A DNA stretch of 64,000 nt, taken from positions 204,788,001 to 204,852,000 of the forward strand of contig NC_058368.1 of assembly GCF_018350175.1 (NCBI RefSeq). The letters run 5' to 3'. How positions within the stretch are numbered: position 1 is the stretch's first letter; each line of letters begins with the position of its first letter. Under the pieces are notes generated by a model. The model saw nothing but the letters and a program-made list of their open reading frames with translations. It was not told the DNA's origin and made no database searches. The position numbers and the translations under genes were made by a program. Source of the DNA: Felis catus. Taxonomy: Eukaryota. This document shows positions 36,216 to 49,291 of the stretch, in pieces.

Positions 36216-38419
36216 TAAACCCTACAGTCTAGTTGATATTTCTTCGGGTGTTTCTATGTATGGAAACTTTCACTTGGGTCATCATTGGAATCCAACAGCA
36301 ACAAACAAAATGGACATGAAAGCAACAAACAAAACAGATCATTGAGGGCTAGGGCTTGAGTGGACCTAATTGTTAAATGGGCCACAATTTTATAAACAAA
36401 ATAATTGGGTCCCAGAGTGGTTAAGGGACTGATCAAAACCAGACAACTAATTAGTTGAACTGAAAATATAATCTAGGTCTCCAGCCTTGTCTGTAAGGTC
36501 TCTTTCTACTGTGCCATGCACTCTTTCCCCTTTCTTCTTTTCCTCCCTGCCTCCTTATCATTCCTCTGCCATTTTATTCCTCTACTCTAGGCAAGGCTCA
36601 GGGCATGAAGATGTTCAAAATCATAAAGACAGCGTATGAGTTATAAATTAAATAATAGTGTAGAATTAAGCTGGCATATACTTTATATATTCCTTTTGAT
36701 GGCTTTATCTCTACTGAAAAAAAGTATCAGTTAACAGGTTTTTTTTCCTATGATAGATAACATTTTAATGAGAAGTAAAAAATGTAGAAACATATTAAAA
36801 GATATATCTATATTGGACTAATTGGTTACATGAGATTTTTTTCACTGTTCTGATATAGCCTTAATTTGGGCAACGTGAATTGCAAGTGTGTGGGGGGAGC
36901 ACAGAGGTTAAGAGGATGGGAGACAGTGGTATAATAGGGACGGGAATAAACTTCCAAAAAAAAAAAAAAGGAATGATTTCAGTTGTTAAAAAGATACCGG
37001 CAACAAGTACCTCTTGCCCAGCAAATGAGCGAAATGGTAAACTGGGTAGAATTTCTAGTACTTGCTATTGAATGGAGACTTACATATATAAGGTCAAATT
37101 TTATAATATTTAAAAAATCTAGCAGATGTTAAAAGGCATGTTAGTGTTTACAGGCAAAAAAAGTTAATTTGACGTTGATTCATTTCAAATGAATTATGTC
37201 CGAAACACTTATTTCTGGGAAATATTTAGGTTACAAAAACCAGTACAGAAGTTGGGTAAGTATCATTCTTATTTACTTGTTCTTTTAAAATACTGTGTAT
37301 GGTCTCTTTAGTTCTAGGTGAAGGCTGGCGTAAATCTTTTCAATCTTTCTACTGTAAGCAACCTTTGAGGAAGTAAAATTAGGTATAATAACACTGGATT
37401 TAGGATGAGGAACATTCCCATACTGGAGAGTCAAGGCACTACAATGTGCAAATCGCAGTTTTGTCTTAATGAAACTGCCTATCGTGGAGTTTCCTGTAGG
37501 AAAGGAAATGATATCATTAAAATAGTCTTCATTGAGGAGAAAGGTCTATTTTAAATAAAAGTGCTTCTGTGAATAAGCTCTGAAGTGAAGATCTGAGATT
37601 GTAGCCTATCAACAATACATCACGTTCCTTCTCTTTGCAACCCCTTGTTTCTGAGAAGACAGGGAAAAAGACAACAAAAAATAACAACTGTAAAAATCTG
37701 TATATTGCTACATACCAAGCTGTAGGTCATGTGTAAGGTGAGGATGTGTTTGAACACACATGGTAATTTGATACAGTAAAACAACATTTTAAATTCTAGC
37801 TGCCAGTGGTAACTACCTACTGAAGAGCTGTTTCAAAATAGTAACTGATTTACTACTTGGCCGGGTGTTCTTAAAACTTGTTATCTGTAATACCTGATTT
37901 TCAAATAAATGATAAACTTACAATATCCTATCCGGAACGGAACCTACAGTGCATTCCCTCAACAGAAATGATCTCATCTGCTTAGATTTTCCTCTGATTG
38001 AAGTTCAGAACTCTTTGGCTAAGTGAATGGTATTTTCCAACTATGATATGAAGTCTCCATTTTCTTCTACAATTCTGATAAATGTCAGAAAGGGCAAACT
38101 TGCAGAGAGCGTGACATTGTTCATGTATTCAACAAGTGTTTGTTGGATGCAACCAGAGGGTGCTATCCTAAATACCATGCTAGATACAGAGAGATGAATG
38201 AGACATGATTTATCAAAACTTCAGCTTATAGTCTGATAGGAAATATGAAATACACAAGAATATACTATAAAACATTTTATGTATAAACATGTATTATGTA
38301 TGAAGGATGTACATAACACGGGGCTCAAATGGTTGAGAATCTGATGACGCAAAGACTCTACGAATGCCATGGCAGTATCCTGCAAATGGTGAAATTTGTA
38401 CCTGCAGAGCCTAAGCTCT

Positions 38420-38730
38420 TTATGTGACTATACCTCCGTCCTCATTCAAGTTTCACGTTAAGTACCATCTATTCTGTGACCGCTCTATCTAAAAGAGAGC
38501 CCTCCTCAATTCTGTCAGAACATCTTGTTCTTTGACTTCTGATGCTCACACATGATTTGTAGACATGTATTTGTCTATTGACCTATTTAGTGTCTGTTGC
38601 TTCTCCACTAGAATCAAAGCTTCAAGAGGACATAAACTACATTTGTTTTGTTCCCTCATATATACCTAGTTTTAACTACAGGGCTCAGGCTATGGGAGGG
38701 GAACAGTAAACATATGTAATGAATGAATTA
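38420..38730 (+). mobile_element. L2 3' end
   Basis: ttctccactagaatcaaagcttcaagaggaca...ttgttttgttc...aatgaatgaat. An oppositely oriented L2 tail lies at about 38120-38260. Confidence 0.7.
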
Positions 38731-39205
38731 TAGCTGAAAAGAACAGGATGAACAAAGAGATAGCAGTGGATAAACAAGAATCGTTTAGAAAATGGCAACT
38801 ATTTCAAACGCCTAAAATACGATAAGTGGTGACTAGGGTTGGAAGGTGGGCTGGGACTAGACTGTGGGAGACTGAACTCCAAGCTAAGAAAATTTGGACT
38901 TTATTATTTGGATGCTATAGCCATATTTTTTCCAGCCTAAATTTAGATATATTGTGTGCTCATGGGCCAGTGGGCCATCTGAAAAAGTAGTGTTTCACAA
39001 AACCTGGGGTATAAGATCACACAAGTAAAGTCAAGGAGAAAGAACTAAAAATTCTTTGATGGGAGGAATGAGATGATAGCTGGGATGTGAAAAATGAATC
39101 CAATTGTTAATAAAGAGTCTTCATCAATGTATTTCTTCATCTGAAAAATAAGACATCTCCAAATTTTGCCTGTATAACCCATTGCTCCCCAAAGGTTTTG
39201 GGGTT

Positions 39206-39897
39206 GTGGTGGTCTGAAAAGGCATCTCTCAGATCTCCTACTGCAAAAGCATCCCTGCCCTATGCCCGCAGTTGCTGTGTTCTGAAATCCATCCAGCCAA
39301 TGACTTAGCATGGCAAGGACACCAAGGCAGGTCCATTCCTGGGAGACGGGGGACTCCTCTGTCAGTTGACTTTGGCTTGAAGACTTCCCACTGGCTGCCC
39401 AAACTTTCCTAACATAGTCTGCAATCTAAGATCTTTCCCCTCTTCCTCTTTCTTTCTTTCTTAATGTTTCTTTATTTTTGAGAGAGAGAAAGAGCGAGCA
39501 AGCAGGGGAGGGGCAGATAGAGAGGGAGACACAGAATCCGAAGCAGGCTCCAGGCTCTGGGCTTCAGCACAGAGCCCAATTCAGGGCTTGAACTCACAGA
39601 CTGCGAGATCATGACCTAAGCCAAAGTTGGATGTTTAACCAACTGAGCCACCCAAGTGCCCCTTCCTCTTTCCTATCTTTTTTCCTTCTCTCCTTCCTTC
39701 CCATATTTCATTCCTTCTTTCATTTCTTTTCTTCTTCACAGGGGTTGGTCCTGAATTGTAGTCTGACAGCTTGCCCAGTCTCAAGTTTGTTCCCCAGTTT
39801 TCTTCACAGGCATTTCCTCTAAAATAAATCTCTTGTACCTCTTATCTCCCAGTAAATCTCTTGCAGGACTGCATCTCAGAAAACCAAGACTAATATA
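39206..39897 (+). mobile_element. ERVL solo LTR (LTR16B/C-like) interrupted by a SINE
   Basis: ctcagatctcc; ccagccaatgacttagcatggca; ccattcctgggagacgggggactcctct; cttcacaggcatttcctctaaaataaatctcttg. Confidence 0.8.
39453..39662 (-). mobile_element. Can-SINE within LTR16
   Basis: ctgagccacccaagtgcccc end; TSD ttcctctttc. Confidence 0.95.
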
Positions 39898-40839
39898 GCA
39901 GCCAAACCTTGCATTCCTAGAATCTCAAAGACTTGAAAAAAAATAGATGATTTCAACTGGCCAGCCAGTAGCAAGCCACTGTGGAGACCCCAAAACACCA
40001 TACCATGAACTTATGAGCCACTTTTCTTTGCTGCTTCTCCTAAGAATGAAGTGTGAGCCAGGTAAAATGGCTGCCAAGCTTTGAAATTTTAAAAAAGTCT
40101 CAACGGATTAGAGGGGTTCAGATTCAGGTTAGATTCACTGCCAAAGGTATTCTTGCCAAGGAGGACCCAGAGGCTGGAAGAACATGGCTAATCTCAGCAT
40201 CTAGGACCTTCTCTCTTACTTTTCATTTCCCCCTTGAACATGCTATCCTCACATTTCCTCCATACTCTTGTGATTTCTGTCTGGTCTTCTTCCTTTAGAA
40301 ATTCCCTTTCCATTCTTTGACACTTGAATAAGAAAAGAAGAGTAACTCCTGTCACCCACTTATAAAATTTTGCCTCCTACCATTCAAGGGCCTCCTAAGA
40401 GCCTTGGCTGTCAAGAGCCTTTCATGATTTTTGATTTACTATTTAAAGTCATGTTCATATTTTAGTGACAGTCACTAAGGCCACCTCATCTTCCAAGGTT
40501 TTTCTTAGTTACTGGACCATTACTTCCCCCACTCCAGCATGGTACCAAGTGATAGAAAACGTAGTCATTAAGGTTGAAAAGGAGGTTGAAATTTCAAATG
40601 ACACCTGAAAAAGATTAATCTTGCAGAAGCAAAAGATTACTGTAACAAGAATTACCAGAAATGAATCTGGCCACTTTGGGCCTTCCTACCTCCCTTCTAA
40701 CTAACTTCCTTCCTTCTTTGAACCTGTGACCTAGAACTTGTGTCTATGAAATCGGTCAGGACACTGGACTTTACCCTAGTTCTTCTAAGAAGTTCCTGTG
40801 GGCAGGCACCATTAGTTGGTTACCAAAGTCTTCTATACA

Positions 40840-41325
40840 TGTGCCCTGAATTGGGATTAGCCTAAACTAGTTCAGGCATCCCATTCACCTTCACCAGATG
40901 CTGGCCCTTCTGACAGCCTTTGTAACCAGAGGTAGCAAGAGACAGAGTTCTGACTAAAGAAATTTAAGTGGAAATTGGCTGAAGACTTCTGGAAAGGTTT
41001 CAGATGCCTTACAAAATGGACAGGCACAGGCAAGGAGCTTGCGGACATCATTCTCTTAATCTTCAGGCCCTGAATATGTGTGTGATGTCTGGAGTTACAG
41101 CTACCATCCATTCATCATGCAGAGACAATCATGAAACCCAAGCACCGACAGAGGGGTAGAGCAGAAAGCCAGGCAAAGCCAGAGATCTTGATGAGATCTC
41201 AGCAGCTTAAGCTGCCCAAGCCAATCGGAGATCACTTACTTCTAAACTTATTTTCAGTACGCGGTAAATGTCCATATAGCTTGAGCCACTGTTGGTGGGA
41301 TATTTTGTTACTTGCGCCAAAAATA
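40840..41325 (+). mobile_element. Old MaLR solo LTR (MLT1J/K/L-like)
   Basis: gacttctggaaagg; gtgatgtctggagttacagctaccatc; gagcagaaag; gcttgagccactgttggtgggatattttgttacttgc. Confidence 0.75.
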
Positions 41326-41801
41326 ATTTAAAGCCCCCTCCCCGCTTCTCTCTGTTTCTGTGGCAGAGACTGTGTTCCGCTGTGATGGTTCTGGTCGTGG
41401 GGTTCTTCTCCCACTGCTCCAGTTAAACTCTTTCCTCCCTGGACCGAAACTGATAAAATGGATTTGTATACACACTGAGCTTTATGTTTTGATTCCACAA
41501 TCCTGAGAGTTTTCAAAAACTATAAAAAGTAGGGGAAGATGAGGTTCTAACCTTACAGATTTTAATGGAAACAAACAAACCCTGTGCTTTCTACACCGTA
41601 TAGTAGAATGGGAGACACAACTGGAATTTTAACAACAGACATAAGAACGAAATGCCACAAATGTAGTTCAAAGCCCTATTTCATCATAATGTCACTTTCT
41701 TTACATAGTATAACTCATCTTTGAAACTTTTTGGTTAGTTTAACTTGAGGGTTCAAAAATGAGAACTGAACGTTTTTCACTTTCGGTACTATACTATTAA
41801 G

Positions 41802-42137
41802 CAGTGCCTTTCAATCTTCTTTGACAGTCCACAAAAAGCAATATATTTTACATTTGACCCATAGGTCCATCACTTATGTCTTCGTGCGTCACTAAACAAT
41901 ACTTAACATTATGATGAATGGTATAATCTTCCATGTTAAAGAATACAAGATGTGTCTTACTCTTCTGTTCTTGCTACCTCATTAAAAAGTATTAATTGAT
42001 TACTGTTAATATATATTAAATATTAATTAATATACATTAATATATAATCAATAAATCAATTGATCGAAATATTAATTATTACTAAATAAATCTCATGGCG
42101 GTCTGATGGTTGCTACTTGTAGTGCAAAAGCCATTGC
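41802..42137. mobile_element. hAT-Charlie MITE (MER113-like), diverged
   Basis: cagtgcctttcaa...aagcaatatattttacat and ...gtagtgcaaaagccattg degenerate ends around an AT-rich interior. Confidence 0.4.
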
Positions 42138-42294
42138 TGAATACAGGTAACTTTTTAGTGAAAATGAATCTTTCCAGTGAGGGTTTTTAGTGAAAAGAAT
42201 CTAAATCCATGGCATAGAAGTACGGTCAGGCAGAGAGGGTAACAAAAATATAATAGTTAAAAAATTTTTTTCCCACATTTAGTAATACAATTTA

Positions 42295-42430
42295 ACAACC
42301 ACAATAACCCAGGAAGATAGATAAGACTGTCATTTACATTCCTAGATGGGAAAACCAGGGCTTAACAGAGATTAAATGATTTGCTCACATCCACACTGCC
42401 AAACAGTGCAGAAATTTCCATCTTGGACGC
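42295..42430 (-). mobile_element. MIR
   Basis: agatgggaaaaccagggcttaacagagattaaatgatttgctcac. Confidence 0.6.
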
Positions 42431-44050
42431 CTAACTCTTGCTTCTTCTAGGTTACCAGTAGGGAATCAGAATCAGTCCAAATTGTATTTGAGCAAGTCAA
42501 TAATCTCAGTTGTAAATCAATAAAAAATACCTGCTTCTTTCCCTTCGCCAGGAAATCTTGAAAGTAGATTCAGGTGCTGGATGTTTTCAACACTCAGAAT
42601 TCTTAGGAGAAGTTAGTAGTAAGTTCTCACCAACATCAACCCTCTGCTGTTCTCATCTTTATAAATCTCGGTACCTCTACCATCCTTGTTACACAGGAAG
42701 GAGCCTCTTCCTTTATCTCTCCAAGTCCCACCCCCTTCCTTGATACGCAAGTTAGGCTCCTTCTCTTCCCTGCCGTCTTCCCGACCCATCCCCCATCTAT
42801 CTTGTCCCCTTGCAGTTTTCTGAACTCTACCATCATTTATAAACTATCACAACATTTAGCAATTGATTCTGGTGCCTTGTTATTTTGCTTTTATCTTATA
42901 TGTCTCAGTCTTTGCTCCCTGATTAGACTGTAAGCTGTCTCAGAGTAAGGATAACAAAGCCTTTGATGGCTGTATCTTCCTCAACCTTTAGCACAATATG
43001 GAACGCCTAGTTAGTGTGTTTAAGAAATTAGTTAACTACTAAAAACTGCCAGACTTATTTTTATACTGTTTCCTTCCCTCTTTCTTTTTCTAGTTTTCAC
43101 ATTTCCAGACAAGAGATAGAGTTTTGAGCTATAAATCCTATTAAAAACAACTCTGACACACAGTAAGTTTTCATTAAATGTTTAGGGATGAATACAAAGC
43201 TGAGTAAGAGGCAGGAAAGATAAGGTCCAGCACAACTGAATTAGAAACGGCTTCTCTAGTATTTGACAGCTAAGGGCAATGACCTTACATATATTTAATA
43301 CAGTCTGAAATTATAATAAATCAGATTAGATTTTAGCAATTAATGACATTAATCCTGTCAGGGATGGGAGAGAGAGGAGAGTAGTAGGAAAATTACATTT
43401 GCATTAAGGCTTTACTGAGATTTCAGAAAATAACAAACCTATGATGTGTTTGGGACTGTAATTTCTTATTTGGGCAAACTGTTTCAGAACCACTTAGAGA
43501 AATGTATCTATTACTGGGTCAAGTCCCCCCACATCCCTTTTGCAATGAAGTGAGATTTTTTTCAAATGCCTGTGGCAGTAATCTTCATGAATAGATTAAA
43601 ACAAAATAAATAAAAGCAAAAAGTTGCACCAGCAATTATACAAACCACAGTTGAAGACGTCTGATTACTCATTTGGTGGTTAACACAGCAGAGTTATAGG
43701 TTTGGGGGAAGAAAAGGGAAAGAAGATTCTGGTCCTTTTCAAAAAGCATTCTTTTCTGAAGTTAGAATAAGATATCGTAAGAATTGATTCAGATTTCTGG
43801 ACACAGAGTGGTAACAGTTTGCTGATCTAATATTATGTGAAGATGAAAACTATTTCTGCAGTGACTGAATAAGTCAGTAAATGGGGTAGAGAGTATCATG
43901 GCACCATACTGCTCTCTTTAGGGCCAGAACTTGATTCCGAATCAGTCTGAAGAATTTAGGCACAGCCTTGGGTAACCTGTAGGACAGGGTCACACTCTGT
44001 ACCTAGAGGCAGAATTGATATTCATCTGTTCTCACTGGCACAGCTCTGGT

Positions 44051-44486
44051 TGTGATGGGCACTGTGGCTTGCTCTTCAGACCCCTTCAGTGAAGGACTTG
44101 TTACTCCAGATGCTGGAGGTGCCCTAGGCCAATAGCCTTCAGGTTCTCAGCCCCTTTGAAGGATTGCCTCAGCAGTAGAGGGCTGCCTCAACTGAGGGCA
44201 AGACCCTTGCAACCCTCAGTGAGTGATGTGTACTGGGGCAGAATGGCCTGGCCATCTTAGTCCCATCAGAAACAGTTATGAAGGGCCATTCTGGCTCCAG
44301 AGTTCCTCATGGAGTTAGCTGAGGTTGCCACGAGCCTGTTTTGCAGCTTGACTTCCCCTCTGCCCACTTCTGCTCCCTTTCTCTCTCTTCCACAGGTATT
44401 AATTGATTAAGTGGTGTCCTTAATAAACATCCTGTATGCCAATCTCCATTTCAGAGTCTGCTTCTTGGAGAACCCTACCTATGACA
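44051..44486 (+). mobile_element. ERVL solo LTR (LTR16A-like)
   Basis: TG...CA ends, 436 bp; gaagggccattctggctccagag; ccttaataaacatcctgtatgccaatctccatttcagagtctgcttcttggagaacc. Confidence 0.85.
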
Positions 44487-44749
44487 TAGATTTTTAACAT
44501 TTTGAAAATACTTCCATGCTACCTGGTAAAAAGCTATTAGCCCAAGCCCCTGAGGGCCCCACAGCCCTCAGGCTGTGCCTCCTCAGCCCTTCCCTGGGAT
44601 TTTCTGGTTGTTTCCATGATCCAGTGACTAAAGGGACAATGCTCAGCCTAGCAAAGTCATGTTTTAGGACTCTGTCTTGGTGCCTAGGCCCGGTTTCTTC
44701 TGCCTGTATTTGACTGCCTGTGTGATACCTGCTATTCAGTCTTTTAAAT

Positions 44750-45066
44750 ATGACCGTGGCCTACTGAAACCAGTGGGTAGCAAAAATGTCTGAAGCCACC
44801 ATGAAGGGGAACAGTAAAAGAGTGGAGAATGTTTGCTCCATCTAAAAGGGGCAGAAGCTACTTAGATCCAGCCAATTGTCTTAAGAATTCTGGACCAGGC
44901 TTGTCTAATTAGTCAAAGAAAAGCCAGAAATAAGAGTATGTTTTTGTTAAATCATTCAAATTTTAAGTGATACTAATCAATTTGACTTTATAAAAATGCT
45001 GCCTGGGTAAAACAAAACATGTCCATGAACTAGATATGGCCCACAGACATAAGTTTATGAGCTCTG
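44750..45066. mobile_element. hAT-Charlie MITE (MER102-like)
   Basis: aagaaaagccagaaat...aaaacaaaacatgtccatgaactagatatggcccacag...agtttatgagctctg; 5' boundary uncertain. Confidence 0.55.
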
Positions 45067-45271
45067 TGATTCAAGATCTCTCTGGTTCACATGGCACTAG
45101 GAGGCTAATTCCAGTAGGATTTTTCTCCTTGATCTGGAATCCATGGAGATGTGGAAATACCTGCAACTTATGCAAGTCAGAAGACCAGGCTAGGGTTAAG
45201 GATGCCAAAATCTACTACAGATGGTCTTGATTGACTTTCTTTTCTTCCTTCCTTCTTTCAATTTTATTTAT

Positions 45272-45293
45272 TAAAATTTTTTTAATGTTCATT

Positions 45294-45330
<37 letters not shown>

Positions 45331-45499
45331 AAGCACATGAGCGAGCGAGGGAGGGGCAGAGAGAGTGGGAGACAGAATCGGAAGCAGGCTCCAAGCTCTG
45401 AGCACAGAGCCTGATGCACGGGGCTTGAACTCATGAACAGTAGGATCATGACCTGAGCTGAAGTTGGATGCTTAACTGACTGAGCCACCCAGGTGCCCC
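45272..45499 (-). mobile_element. Can-SINE
   Basis: (GA)n; ctgagccacccaggtgcccc end. Confidence 0.95.
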
Positions 45500-45592
45500 A
45501 TATTTTTAAGTAATCTCTACATCCAACATGGGGCTTGAACTTACAACCCCAATCAAGAGTCAGATGTTTTATAACTGAGCCTGCCAGTGCCC
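45500..45592 (-). mobile_element. Short, older Can-SINE variant lacking (CT)n
   Basis: taagtaatctctacatccaacatggggcttgaacttacaacccc...actgagcctgccagtgccc. Confidence 0.8.
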
Positions 45593-46574
45593 TGGTCATG
45601 ACTTTCAATGAGGTATGTGATACTGACCAAACTTTCACTAAAGCTACTGATATCATACAGGATAGCTTTGTCCGCTGCCCCTGGAAGTGGTCACAGAGAG
45701 AGACTCGATAACTCAAATTTATACTTTCTGGACTACAAAACTGAATGACCCAGAGCTCTGAAATTAGGCCAAATAATCTGAGTGTAAATGAAGTAGCACT
45801 CTCTTAAGAAGCTCCTGTCTATGGATACCCTTCATAGTTTACATTCATATCTGTACTCTCAAGTGACATATCTATTTTCTTAAGTTTTTCCTCTTAAGAT
45901 GATCTCAAGTAATTGGTCCTTAATTTTTTAAAGGTTTTAAGAGGCTTTGGCTATGTGTATTTTCCCAAATTCTCAATACAGATTTATAGAAACATACTTC
46001 CTGAAAATGACAGGACACAAAGTTCTATAACTACAGGCAGAAGATGAGTCTGACAAGTGCAGGATGCAAGCATAACGAGTTCTGGGGGTTCACAGCCATT
46101 TATGTGCAGAAGATCAGTGGACAGTTACTTAAATGATGAAAGATTCACTGTCTTGATTAAAGGTATATTGCTTTTCTAATTTACCTTGTGGAAAGGAGTA
46201 GAATAACTTGAAAGATGAAGACTACTGTTTTGGCATTGAGCAAACACTCCCTTTAAGAACAAGTTGGGGCCAACCCCTAAAAGGCCCCGGTGTTGAAACA
46301 GCAGGCAAGAAGAAAGCCTCAAGCGGTACCCAGCAGCCTGTGTACTGACTTGGGAAATTTTACCATAATCCCCAGGTGATGGAGTGGTGCCCAAGCATTT
46401 TTTTTTTTTAATTCTTACAAAAAGAAACCTGATTCTTTCAGTCCCTGCATATTCTAACATCTTTCTGTTACTGAAAGGAAAAAACTAGAAACTCCTTACT
46501 ATGGCATAAAATGCCCTTGACAACCTGGCCCTGAATCGCATCTTCCACTTTTATCTTTCCTTGCACTCTGGGCT

Positions 46575-46727
46575 AGAGAGCATTAGAGGGCCTCTTTTAC
46601 AAGGGCACTAATCCCTCCACGGGCACTCTATTCTCATGACCTAATCACCTCCCAAGGCGTGCCCCTAATATCATCACCTTGGAGATTGGGATTTCAACAT
46701 ATGAACTTTGCTATTCAGACCATAGCA
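46575..46727 (-). mobile_element. MaLR LTR 5' fragment (MLT1A/MST-like)
   Basis: aagggcactaatccc...ctcatgacctaatcacctcccaa...gatttcaacatatgaa...ttcagaccatagca. Confidence 0.8.
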
Positions 46728-47004
46728 GCCCACTACCCAGGTACCCAAGTGGTTACCTGGACAATCCTGAAACGCCCTATGCTCCTTCACACTCCTACAC
46801 TTTGTCTACTGTGTTTCTTCCACCAAGGATAACCAGTCTCTCATCCTTCCCTCCCAGTGTCAGTGATGAGTCTTCTCTACTCATCATTAAAGACCCAATT
46901 CAATGATAGCTTCCTTCCTTCACTTTCCTTTGAACCATTTCAGAACCATAATTACTTCTTCATTTCTGCCTATTGACCATCCTACATTCGAATCCCTCTA
47001 AAAA

Positions 47005-48425
47005 AAATGTTCCTGAGACTTTCTCAAATTCCTTGGTGGAGTTCTCACCAAATACATCACTGGGTTTCCTACTTGGTACTAGATGTGGCAGGGTGAGAGC
47101 TAGCAATCATTCCAGTGTCTCCTAACAATATCACTCTGCTCTCAGGGCCTCCCAGTCTCCTGGCAAAGCTCATGGAGTAGCTCTACACAGTACTTTGCAA
47201 ATGGAACAGTCAACCATAGATACAGGACCTGAAGCTAGGTAGGCCATTGAGGACGACTCACTCTCCCTTGAGAATGACAGTTTCCTGGCTGTTGGAAGAG
47301 ACCTGGGAACAATACTGTAGCATCTAATTGGTCTTGCCTCAACCCCGGAACCACGGACAGTTGGAGCATTGGAACCATGGATGCCAGTGTTGGCACCTTT
47401 CTTGGGAAGGACAAAGTACTTCTTCCAGTTGTTCTTACCTAGTGGTATGCTGGAATGAGCTCTTACCAGCTCATGGAAGTGAGCTGGTTGCCAAATTTTA
47501 AGGAATTTTGTGAGCTGGTTATTAAACACAGTCACTATTAAAAATTAAAACATATCAAGTTAAATAAAACATTAAAAATAAATGTAATAAATACTTAAAA
47601 CCCATCAGTTCATAATTATTTTACCAAATTTAATTATTATCTATGACCTTGAAATTACTGATGTCTGTTGTATCTGTATGATAGAAATACTATATAATGG
47701 TGGATGGCTGTGCCTCTTCCCAATGCCTTTTTCAATCATACTGGTGGCTGGAAATTGGCCATGGTGGGTGTATTTATACCATGGAAATCAGCAAATGCTA
47801 CAAATCGCTGCTTCTTCTTCCCCTGCTCCAGCCCCACCACCAAGAGCAGTTGGTGAACATTTACCAGCATACCACTGCAAATGGTCCTTGCCAATTTACC
47901 TTGAGTGAACACAACCTGCATCCAGCCTGTTCTAATCATTTTTCATTGTGTCCTGTGGGGATGTCAGGGACTGGCCTCACAAGTCTTACAGGTTGAAATG
48001 CAATAGGTTACTAGCAAAGCAGAGTGCAGTGCTTATAGGCCACTCTCTCACTTAGGCTGGTGAGTTGAATTAAGAACTAATCTGCTCAAGACTGATCTCC
48101 CTACAAGCTGGCCTCCAAGAACAGGAGGTGGATTCCTGCAATGCTCTGTGGAAGAGTTCTGGTCCAAGGCTGAAGCCAATCAATTCTATTCAACCTGAAG
48201 GCTTGGACCTCAGACACTTGATCGTGCCAGGCAAGAGGCTGGTACTACCTGTAAGCACAAACACTAAGCTGGTGGGATTGGGCCAAAGTTCTCACATACA
48301 CTTCAATTGTATCCTGGCTCTTGATCACACCAGGGAAGAAGCTGATGTTTTCCTCATCAGGTGACTTAAAAATCCCACAGTCAAGGGCCCTGACCCTGCA
48401 AGACTGTTGATGTGCTACCCCTGCT
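47005..48425 (+). mobile_element. Highly decayed RTE-clade LINE (L4/RTE-X-like) reverse-transcriptase remnant, split by MER63B
   Basis: Manual translation across frameshifts gives non-LTR RT-like motifs in the right order: DFLKFLGG...MWQGE, AIIPV, NITLLSGPPSLLAKLME, LLEETWEQ, QG*SQSILFNL, LQLYPG, ILALDHTREE. No database alignment was run. Confidence 0.55.
47440..47877. mobile_element. MER63B-like hAT-Blackjack MITE
   Basis: TIRs (t)agtggtatgctgg / ccagcataccactg, 438 bp; internal ggaattttgtgagctggttattaaacacag and ggccatggtgggtgtatttatacc. No intact 8-bp TSD. Confidence 0.85.
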
Positions 48426-49261
48426 TTTGGGAAAAGGCAAAGCGGGGTTATCCACCTGCTTCTGCCACCTGTCGTCTCTATGGGTTTCCCTGGCTGACTC
48501 TAGCTGCATGCTTTCTGCTTGTCCTTGTTCATAAGACCCTCCCAAAGCAATTGATGCATGGTTCGTTTTATCTACTGATTTACCTATCTACTTCTCTTCG
48601 TCTTCCTTGGAGGCAGGGACACATTTCATTCACCTAACACAACACTTCTGAAGCACCCACTATGTGCTCCCTGCTGGGGTAGGCTCTGCATGCAGTAAGG
48701 GATAAAGCAGACCTGGCAGCAAGTCAATAGTGAACTGATTTTAATGCTGGTCAGCGACAAAAGCTGGCTGCAACTCACTGATTCTTCTCCATACTCTCAC
48801 GTGCTTCTCCCTACTTGTGTTTCGACAGGCCTTTCTTCCATATATACCATCAGAATTTTCTCCTAATTGGCCTCTCAGTCTTTAATTCTCTACCTTCTCA
48901 TTTATTTTAGAAACCGAAGTGAAAATCCTTCTTTATTAGGAAACTGACTCCACCTTTCCTTAGCTCCCATCCTCCGCTGCCTCTTCGATCCAATAAAAAC
49001 ATAAAAAGGCAGTCAGCTCCAGTCCCACAGTCAGACAGATCCCCTTACTGCCCTCAGAACATCACTCACTCAGTCCACAGCTGCACCTTTGTTAGAGCCA
49101 ATCGCTCACTTGAAACACCCCTCGCCTTCAGCAGCCTGCTTCCTTTTCCTCCTAAGCTCCACTTAAGATCCATTTCATCCATGAAACCTTATACAGCAAA
49201 CTCTCCTTGGTCTGCACCACTCCCAGTACTCCACTGATCCCTCTAAACTGGATCACATATC

Positions 49262-49291
49262 TTCATTCATTCATTCATTCATTCATTCATT
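49262..49291. repeat. (TTCA)n microsatellite
   Basis: Read directly; probably derived from an L2 tail. Confidence 0.9.

Noticed and set aside
41985..42090. AT-rich quasi-palindromic stretch
   Set aside because: Low-complexity interior of a diverged MITE; pairing is imperfect and explained by composition.
47170..47535. 121-aa minus-strand ORF
   Set aside because: It starts inside the MER63B MITE and runs antisense over the decayed RT remnant; chimeric, with no recognisable domain.
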